From assembly GCA_002869015.1 (NCBI GenBank), contig PKTT01000039.1, positions 11,997 to 75,996 of the forward strand: a stretch of 64,000 nt of DNA. The letters run 5' to 3'. Source of the stretch: Deltaproteobacteria bacterium. GTDB lineage: Bacteria; Desulfobacterota; Deferrisomatia; Deferrisomatales; BM512. Below, in pieces: positions 57,108 through 64,000 of this stretch. Within the stretch, counting starts at the first letter, position 1. Every line of letters starts with the position of its first letter. The translations under genes and the position numbers were made by a program. The notes below the pieces were generated by a model. The model had not been told where the DNA came from and made no database searches. It saw only the letters and a list, made by a program, of their open reading frames with translations.

Positions 57108-57938
57108 TTGAAAGCCTTGACTTTGTTACTCGCAGCACTCTTGACAATCCTTTCCGTAATGGCGTTTGGGGCTCCGGTGGAGATGAAAAACCTAGACGCA
57201 ATGGCGGTCATGGTGCCGATAGGCAGCGAAAACGGAGTCGAAGTTGAGAGCGATTTTGAGGTACTTGATTCAAAAGGTAGCGTCGTAGCCCATATCTTCC
57301 CCTTTGAGCTTTATAAGAGATACTTCTGGTCACAGCCCCTCGACCGCAAAGTCTACGACTCCATAACTGAGGGTATGGATATCAGAGAGGTTGAGCTGGC
57401 TAAAAAGCCTCATTGGGAGATACGCTATAAAGGTTGGGCCTGGAAGCTTCAGCAAAAACGCGAGCGGGTAAAAGAGCTGCTCGATAGGATCAACAACCTC
57501 TGGAACAGAAGTGAGACCATGCTGAGCGACCTTGACAACCTCGCCGAGGATATAAGCCCCTACAGCGTAACGGGCAATAAAGAGAGCGATTATGAAAGCG
57601 AAAGGGCCGACTACGAGTCGTTGAGGGATGAACTTGTCCGCCAGCAGGACAAGCTCACAGACCTCGTCACCTCCAATAGAAACGATGAGCGGCGCATTGA
57701 GCGCCAGCGCAAGAAGGTTGAGGAGATACAAGATGACCTCGACGAACAACGCGATCTTGTGCGAGACCTTGAGATTGATCTGAGGGTTTTAGCGAGGGAG
57801 AAGAGTGATGCCCTTGAGCATACCCGCAACGTTATCGACAGCCTCAAAACCGAGGCCAAGGATATCAACTCGGAGCTCTGGAAGGCACTCTCCGCCCTTG
57901 AGATTTTGGACGCTCAAATGCAGCCCGCTGAAAAGTAA
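57108..57938 (+). CDS. Hypothetical exported coiled-coil protein
   Basis: Signal peptide; long heptad-rich D/E/R/K C-terminal half. Confidence 0.6.
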   Translation: MKALTLLLAALLTILSVMAFGAPVEMKNLDAMAVMVPIGSENGVEVESDFEVLDSKGSVVAHIFPFELYKRYFWSQPLDRKVYDSITEGMDIREVELAKKPHWEIRYKGWAWKLQQKRERVKELLDRINNLWNRSETMLSDLDNLAEDISPYSVTGNKESDYESERADYESLRDELVRQQDKLTDLVTSNRNDERRIERQRKKVEEIQDDLDEQRDLVRDLEIDLRVLAREKSDALEHTRNVIDSLKTEAKDINSELWKALSALEILDAQMQPAEK

Positions 57939-57959
57939 TATCTAGAGTGAGGGGCTTGG

Positions 57960-58457
57960 ATGACCCATACGCTAACCATTAGAGAGGGCTATTTCCCAGG
58001 CCTCATAGCAGATACGCTAACGCTGCATATAGCATACTATTGTGATAAGTGGGGGTTCTCCCTGCCCTTCGAGGGTAAAGTCGCCAGGGAGCTTACAAAC
58101 TTTTTCGAGCGCTATGAGGAGGGCCGGGACCTCTTTTTATCCCTTACGACCAGCGAGGGGGAAACCCTTGCGACTATAGCCATCGACGGCAGCGCTGCCG
58201 AAGAAAAGGGCGCTCACCTTAGATGGTTCATAGTTGGGGATGCCGCCAGGGGCAAGGGCTACGGCAGTGAGCTTTTGTCGCAGGCGATATCATTCTGCCG
58301 TGAAGAGGGCTACAGCGGCGTCTATCTTACCACCTTTAAAGGGCTAGACCCGGCGAAGCACCTCTATGAGAAGCACGGCTTTTCATTGAGGGAGGAGCGC
58401 GCTGTTGACCAGTGGCAGGGGGGCGTCGTCGAGCAGCTGTTTTTCCTTAAGCTCTAA
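57960..58457 (+). CDS. GNAT family N-acetyltransferase
   Basis: HLRWFIV...ARGKGYG..LL...YL.TF.GL.PA.HLYEKHGF. Confidence 0.88.
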   Translation: MTHTLTIREGYFPGLIADTLTLHIAYYCDKWGFSLPFEGKVARELTNFFERYEEGRDLFLSLTTSEGETLATIAIDGSAAEEKGAHLRWFIVGDAARGKGYGSELLSQAISFCREEGYSGVYLTTFKGLDPAKHLYEKHGFSLREERAVDQWQGGVVEQLFFLKL

Positions 58458-58478
58458 ATAAAAAAATACAAGGCAGAC

Positions 58479-58513
58479 AAAAAGGAGCCGACCCTATTGG
58501 GGCCGGCTCCTTT
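58479..58513. terminator. Bidirectional intrinsic terminator
   Basis: AAAAAGGAGCCG...CGGCTCCTTT between convergent genes. Confidence 0.7.
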
Positions 58514-58531
58514 ACTTTTCAATGGATATCC

Positions 58532-59755
58532 TTAAAGGTCTGTAAACTCGCTTACGCCCTCTGCCGAGTCGACGATATTAGATTCAGCAGCCTCATCCGC
58601 ACCGCCTGGTAGGATCATGTTCAAAAGAACGCCGACGATTCCTGATAGGCCTATTCCGCCGAGCTGAAAGTTTTCGTACTCAAGGGTGACTCCGCCGATA
58701 CCGATGATGAGGACGATTGCGATTATCGCTAGGTTGCGCGTCCGGTCGAGGTTGGGGCGGGCCGATACGAGCGTGCGTACGCCTATCGCGGCGATCATGC
58801 CGAAGAGAAGAATCATGATACCGCCCATGACAGGCACGGGGATAGTCTTTAAAATAGCGCCGAGCTTACCGACAAAGGCCAGGATGATTGCTGCAATCGC
58901 CCCAATGGCCATCAGCTTTGGCTTGAAAACCTTTATTAGCGCGAGTGCTCCGGTAACCTCTGAATAAGTTGTGTTTGGAGGGCCACCGAAGAGCGCTGCT
59001 ACTGAGGTGGCGAGGCCATCGGAGAACATCGTCCTGTGGAGGCCGGGCTTTGAGGCGTAGTCCTTGCCGGCAACCTTGCCCACTGCATAGATGTCGCCAA
59101 TGTGTTCAATCATAGGTGCGATAGCCACGGGTATCATAAAGAGCATCGCCTCAACTTTGAACTCAGGCATTGTAAAAGCCGGCACTGAGAGCCATGCAGC
59201 ATCCGCTATTGGTGTAAAATCGACTATACCGGCTAGGATGCCCGCAATATATCCTATTACTACGGCGCCGAGGATGGGGATGAGTTGCAGCATGCCGCTG
59301 GTGAATACTGAAATTACTACAGCGCTTCCAAGCGAAAGGAGCGCGAGCCACCAGATACCTTTTGACATGTCGACAGCTACGGGCGCCAGGGATAGGCCAA
59401 TATTCATAATGACCGGGCCAACGACAACGGAGGGAAGATATTTTTTAATAAAGCCCGTGCCGCGCACTTTGATTAGGGCCGCCATCCCCATGTGAACAAA
59501 GCCAGCCGCAAATAGACCACCGAGGGCCACCGGAATCGACCAAAGCTCCACCGCCCCTGTAATTGGAGCTATGAAGGCGAATGAGGATGCCAGGAAGACC
59601 GGCACCTGCCGCTTTGTTATGAAGTAGAAGATAAGGGTGCCGACACCCGCGGTAAAAAGCGCCACCGACGGATCGAGGCCCGTAAGGAGCGGAACGAGGG
59701 TCAACGCGCCAAAGGCGACGAAGAGCATCTGGCAACCTAAAATCAAATCGCGCAT
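58532..59755 (-). CDS. uraA: Uracil/xanthine permease (NCS2, UraA-like)
   Basis: QMLFVAFGA, FLASSFAFI, EHIGD, GGPPNTTYSE, IPVPVMGG; downstream of upp. Confidence 0.92.
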   Translation of the reverse strand: MRDLILGCQMLFVAFGALTLVPLLTGLDPSVALFTAGVGTLIFYFITKRQVPVFLASSFAFIAPITGAVELWSIPVALGGLFAAGFVHMGMAALIKVRGTGFIKKYLPSVVVGPVIMNIGLSLAPVAVDMSKGIWWLALLSLGSAVVISVFTSGMLQLIPILGAVVIGYIAGILAGIVDFTPIADAAWLSVPAFTMPEFKVEAMLFMIPVAIAPMIEHIGDIYAVGKVAGKDYASKPGLHRTMFSDGLATSVAALFGGPPNTTYSEVTGALALIKVFKPKLMAIGAIAAIILAFVGKLGAILKTIPVPVMGGIMILLFGMIAAIGVRTLVSARPNLDRTRNLAIIAIVLIIGIGGVTLEYENFQLGGIGLSGIVGVLLNMILPGGADEAAESNIVDSAEGVSEFTDL

Positions 59756-59830
59756 GTAACTTCCTCCTGTTGAGCTTTTATATAAATGACAAAAAAATAG
59801 CGGCGACCCCATAGGAGCCGCCGCCTTCAG

Positions 59831-60457
59831 TTATTTAGTACCGAAGAGCCTGTCGCCGGCGTCGCCTAGGCCGGGCAGTATGTACTTAACCTCGTTTAAT
59901 TTATCGTCAAGGGCGGCGGCGAAAACGCGCACATCGGGATGGGCGTCCTCAACGCACTTGACCCCCTCGGGTGCCGCAACCATACAGATGGCGCGGATAT
60001 CACGGCAGCCCGCCTTTTTTAGCAGGTCAACAGCGGCCACCATCGAGTTGCCGGTGGCGAGCATCGGGTCGATTATCACCGCGAGGCGACTTTCCACATC
60101 GCTGGATAGCTTATGGTAGTAATAAACGGGCTCGGCGGTCTCCTCGTTTCTGTAAAGGCCTACAACATTGACCCTAGCGGAGGGTATGATATCCAAGACA
60201 CCCTGTAGCATCCCTATCCCGGCCCTCAAAATCGGTACAACGGCGACCTTCTTGCCGGATAACTTTTCGACCTTTACCGGCCCGGCCCACCCCTTGACTG
60301 TGTAGGGTTCCAGCTCCATATCACGGAACGCCTCATAGGTGAGTAGGCTTGTAACCTCACGAGCCAAGTCACGAAACTTGGAGGTTGATGTGTCGTTGCG
60401 GCGTAAAAAGCCCAATTTGTGGCGAATGAGGGGATGGTCAACGACTGTGAAACTCAA
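59831..60457 (-). CDS. upp: Uracil phosphoribosyltransferase
   Basis: [38 protein letters not shown]. Confidence 0.97.
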   Translation of the reverse strand: MSFTVVDHPLIRHKLGFLRRNDTSTSKFRDLAREVTSLLTYEAFRDMELEPYTVKGWAGPVKVEKLSGKKVAVVPILRAGIGMLQGVLDIIPSARVNVVGLYRNEETAEPVYYYHKLSSDVESRLAVIIDPMLATGNSMVAAVDLLKKAGCRDIRAICMVAAPEGVKCVEDAHPDVRVFAAALDDKLNEVKYILPGLGDAGDRLFGTK

Positions 60458-60527
60458 CTTGGCGCTCCTATCGGGTGGGTTTTAAAGACGCTGGAAATAC
60501 TATCATATTGGGGCTTCGCATCAAAGA

Positions 60528-61436
60528 TTATCGAACACCCCTTACCGCATCTATGGAGTACAAAAAGAGCCCCGCCCAGATAAAGCCGAAGGATACGCCA
60601 TGCGCTTTTGCGAAAGGCTCTCCGAAGGCGAAAACGGCAAGCGCGAGGTGAAGCGTAGGGGTGATGTACAGGAGGAAGCCTACCGTTGCGTAGCGAAGCC
60701 TCGCCGTGCACGCGCCAAAGAGCAGCAGGGGCACCGTGGTGACGAGGCCGGAGAGGGCCAGCAGCCCACCATCATGCCCTGATGCCAAGAAAGCGCCGCT
60801 GCCATCAATTTCAATGAAAAGAATGTATCCCAACGCGAAGGGCATCAGCAACAATGCCTCTACCGTAAGACCTGGCAGCGCCTTGACCGAGGGGTTAAGC
60901 TTTCTGACAAGACCATATACGCCAAAGGAGAAGGCTAGGGCTAGGCTGGCAAGGGGAACTGAGCCTGTCGACCAAGCCAATATGGAGACACCTGCCGCCG
61001 CCAGCGCAATCGCTACCGTCTGCGCCTTGGATAGCCGCTCCTTAAGGAAGAGCGCGCCCAAGAGCACGTTGACCAGCGGATTGATGTAGTAGCCGAGGCT
61101 GGCCTGGGAGACTCGCCCAGCCTCAACCGCCCAGATAAAGACAAGCCAATTCAAGGAGAGGAGGATTGCGCAAAAGGTCAGCGCGGCCACCTTTCGAGGC
61201 GAAAAAATGATTTCCCGCACAGCTTTAAAGCCGCCTAAAAATAGAAGAAGGATGGCAAGGGTAGCCACAGACCAGACTATGCGGTGGCTTAAGACTTCAA
61301 GGGGCGAAATGTGGGAGATAGCCTTGAAATAAAGGGGAAAGACACCCCATAGGACATACGCGGAGACGCCGCAAGCCACACCTTTTCGGGCTTCGCTTAC
61401 CCCGCTATCACTAAAATGTTGCTCACTACGCTCCAT
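60528..61436 (-). CDS. rarD: EamA family transporter RarD
   Basis: AYVLWG.FPLYFK, HRIVWS, NWLVFIWAV, ASLGYYINPL. Confidence 0.92.
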   Translation of the reverse strand: MERSEQHFSDSGVSEARKGVACGVSAYVLWGVFPLYFKAISHISPLEVLSHRIVWSVATLAILLLFLGGFKAVREIIFSPRKVAALTFCAILLSLNWLVFIWAVEAGRVSQASLGYYINPLVNVLLGALFLKERLSKAQTVAIALAAAGVSILAWSTGSVPLASLALAFSFGVYGLVRKLNPSVKALPGLTVEALLLMPFALGYILFIEIDGSGAFLASGHDGGLLALSGLVTTVPLLLFGACTARLRYATVGFLLYITPTLHLALAVFAFGEPFAKAHGVSFGFIWAGLFLYSIDAVRGVR

Positions 61437-61532
61437 CCACTCCCTCTCAAAAGCCAGGCATAAGCCTCGGAGAGGGGATAATGCTCCTCACATCGAGCAA
61501 CTTCAATCGATTTATTGAGATACTGCTTTCAT

Positions 61533-62627
61533 TCACTCCAACGTTACCGAGCCATCGGGGTTGAAATTAACTATGCCGTTATAATAACCGCCCTCAATCC
61601 CCAGGAATTCCAACTCGAAATAAGCCACAGAGGCAAGGTTGCCAGCGTTACAGTAAAGTATGACGCTGGAGTAGCTTTTGAGCATATCGACATGGTCCTC
61701 AAGCTCTACGTCGCTTATGTTAACCGCCCCTTCAATATGCCCGGCCTCATACTCCTCAGGCGGCCTCACGTCTACTATGAGTACATCCGGTGGCTTTTTA
61801 TCTAGTATTCTCTGGAACTCAGCTTTACGTATCTCACCCTTGAATTTTGGCGCGGCCTCATGAACCAGGGCATCAACGGTAATTTTAGGATTCATCATGA
61901 TAAAAGCGCGGGAGGAACGCTCCTTCCAGCCGGGCCAGCCCTCTGCATAAATAAATGTATTTTTATAGCCCAGCGCCCTCGCCGCCGCCGCTGATTTATG
62001 GGAGAGGTCGCACTTATACCCACCGCAAAAGAAGATAAGCTCAACACGCTTATCAATTGGCAATATCCCCTTAAGCTCCTCAAAGAAGTTGAGCGGTATG
62101 TTGACGGCGCCTGGTATAGTCCCAGCCATGTACTTAACAGGAGAGCGCGAATCTATGACCACCCCGGCGAGGCGCGGGTCGTCAATGAGACTTTCTATAT
62201 AGAGCGCCTCCACCCAGGGGCTATGGCCAGCCTCCTTCCATCCGGGGAACCCCCCGGTAAATATAGAGACGTCAGTGAACCCCTCCTCTATAGCCAGCTT
62301 GGCCGCTTTACCGGAGAGGTCGCAGCTTTTACCGTCGCAGTAAAAGATAAGGGGAGTAGAAAGGTCACGTGGGAGCTTTTCAAGCTCATCTTCCATCATC
62401 TCATATGGAAGTGAGGCTGCCCATGGCAGATGCCCAGCAACAAACTTTGACTCCGCGCGAGAATCGTAGAGCCGATAACCACCCTCCTCCGGCGTCTTCG
62501 ACACCAACTGCTCCATCGCCTCAATTGAAAGGGAGGCGGGCTGATCCGCCAAAACATAGGCTGGCGCGAGGAAAGCCACTGCCAGTAAAATCAAAAAAAG
62601 TCTATACGCTCTCATATGGAGCTCCAT
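61533..62627 (-). CDS. Exported triple rhodanese-domain protein
   Basis: Signal peptide; three D.R....(F/Y)..G(H/T)(L/I)(P/E).A units; loops YCDGKSCDLS, FCGGYKCDLS, YCNAGNLA. Confidence 0.87.
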   Translation of the reverse strand: MELHMRAYRLFLILLAVAFLAPAYVLADQPASLSIEAMEQLVSKTPEEGGYRLYDSRAESKFVAGHLPWAASLPYEMMEDELEKLPRDLSTPLIFYCDGKSCDLSGKAAKLAIEEGFTDVSIFTGGFPGWKEAGHSPWVEALYIESLIDDPRLAGVVIDSRSPVKYMAGTIPGAVNIPLNFFEELKGILPIDKRVELIFFCGGYKCDLSHKSAAAARALGYKNTFIYAEGWPGWKERSSRAFIMMNPKITVDALVHEAAPKFKGEIRKAEFQRILDKKPPDVLIVDVRPPEEYEAGHIEGAVNISDVELEDHVDMLKSYSSVILYCNAGNLASVAYFELEFLGIEGGYYNGIVNFNPDGSVTLE

Positions 62628-62902
62628 TTCAGGATTTAAAGTGCCACAACCATGTGGTGGGGTTCAAATTCAAGCAATATAAAATCATACCATTTACACG
62701 GCATTCTGTTACGTAACAAACGATGTTTTCACAATTTTTTTAAGGTTAAGTATTTAATTTTACCCGTATATAATAAAGTATATTTTCAGCTTTCCTGAGT
62801 GCGTAGGCCGCATAGCCTCTTGCACATTGTCGACCTCATGCTAAAATATTGTTATGTGTTGCACCTTTTCTCCACCTCAATAAATTCCAAAGGAGGGATA
62901 AG

Positions 62903-63247
62903 GTGAGTTTTTGGGGCTTTTTTAAAAGGGATTTATCCGAAAAACAGGGGTGCCTTCTTTGCGGAACATGCTGCAAAGCCTTCGGTGGGCATCTTCGTGC
63001 CTCAAGGAACGATATAAAGAGGTGGCAAGGCGAAGAGAGAGAGGACATACTCCGCCATGTAAACCGCCTAGGCTGGCTCTGGGTGAACCCAAACACCGGC
63101 TCGCTTCTCTCTGAATGCCCCTTTATAACCGAAGATGGCGAGGACCGTTTTATCTGCGCAATTCACGAGACAAAGCCTGAAATATGCCGTGCTTACCCCA
63201 CTCTGGCCCACGAGAAGCGTTGCGCCGCGGGAATAGTCTTCAACTGA
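62903..63247 (+). CDS. YkgJ-family CxxCxxCC cysteine-cluster protein
   Basis: CLLCGTCC...CPF...CAIHETKPEICRAYP; GTG 62903 with SD AGGAGG. Confidence 0.85.
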   Translation: MSFWGFFKRDLSEKQGCLLCGTCCKAFGGHLRASRNDIKRWQGEEREDILRHVNRLGWLWVNPNTGSLLSECPFITEDGEDRFICAIHETKPEICRAYPTLAHEKRCAAGIVFN

Positions 63248-63326
63248 CAAAAAGATTGCCCCTTTATGGCATCCGTGTTAGACCTTCCTACTATTGTATA
63301 CATTTTTGAACTCGATCTGATGGAGA

Positions 63327-63716
63327 ATGCCAATGCAGTGGAAGAGGCACAGCCGCCTTCTCTTCGCCTTCGTTATAGGAGTCTTCGCCGGTATCAGCCT
63401 TAACACCGCTATATACCCTGCGGTTATCTCATCGCGTCTGGGCGGAGATTCAATGGGAGTTCTCGCCTATACAGATCCATTTACCCCCTACATCTCAATA
63501 TTCTGGGGCATCGGAGCTGCAGCCCTTGGCTGGTATGGCGGTGGCAAGATGGGCATGTCGATTCTTGGCATCTGCGGTTTTGTAACTGGCCTTTTTCTCG
63601 GCCTTGCAGTGCTTCATCTAAAACCGATTGACACGGCCTTGGGAACTATAATAGCCACTACCTATGGCGTAGTCGGGGGATATATTCTCGGAAAAATCTG
63701 GCCTGCCAACGCCTGA
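63327..63716 (+). CDS. Hypothetical Gly-rich membrane protein
   Basis: ~4 hydrophobic helices; SD GGAG; terminator hairpin at 63737-63768. Confidence 0.6.
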   Translation: MPMQWKRHSRLLFAFVIGVFAGISLNTAIYPAVISSRLGGDSMGVLAYTDPFTPYISIFWGIGAAALGWYGGGKMGMSILGICGFVTGLFLGLAVLHLKPIDTALGTIIATTYGVVGGYILGKIWPANA

Positions 63717-63821
63717 CGTAAAGTTTTTGTTAAACCAAAAAGCGGAGCCCGCCCGGTTCCGCTTTTTTCATCTTGTTTGTTATACTTTCCGTTATCGACA
63801 ACCCGTAGAAAGGGATTCAAG

Positions 63822-64000
63822 ATGAGAATAAAGGCCATAACAATTCTTCTGGTAGCACTTTTGGCAGCCCCCACCGCTTTTTGCCTGGACTCCGGCAAGG
63901 TGCGGTCGATAAAGAGGGCAAAATCCCTAAGCGATCTTTCCAAAGAGGCGGACGACATCGCAAAGGATATGGCGGCAACGACCCCAGCCGATGCTGAAGA
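63822..64000 (+). CDS. Exported hypothetical protein (partial, runs off window)
   Basis: ATG 63822: MRIKAITILLVALLAAPTAFCLDSGK..., signal-peptide-like, open to window end. Confidence 0.55.
   Translation, partial: MRIKAITILLVALLAAPTAFCLDSGKVRSIKRAKSLSDLSKEADDIAKDMAATTPADAE

Overview
A gene-dense chromosomal window, probably from an anaerobic deltaproteobacterium (Desulfobacterota-like; inferred from gene content). I saw no rRNA, tRNA, CRISPR array, integrase or transposase. Housekeeping and metabolic genes include fba (partial), sigma54-driven amtB-glnK, AOR with two MoaD-like genes, nudC, gltX, msrB-msrA, a speA/CASDH/nspC polyamine operon, bcp, a U32 peptidase, tag, cysK, slyD and upp-uraA. 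Highlights: (1) two selenoproteins split in the ORF track, MsrA (GUFWG) and BCP peroxiredoxin (TSGUT), each with a SECIS-like hairpin. (2) A 7-gene operon (33.4-40.7 kb) behind a sigma54 promoter motif, encoding a degenerate Cdc48/PAN-like AAA protein, FmdE, a DUF318 permease, an FG-GAP/ASPIC protein, two lipoproteins and a half substrate-binding protein; this is the best candidate for an undescribed system. (3) A GT2 / ParB-like / SPL-like radical SAM / tandem CDP-alcohol phosphatidyltransferase operon, divergent from a 73-aa protein ending in the clamp-binding motif QLSLF. (4) A candidate ~100-nt sRNA at 53.75-53.85 kb. (5) Probable non-canonical start codons (AUU, CUG). All family calls come from motif recognition by eye; no searches were run.
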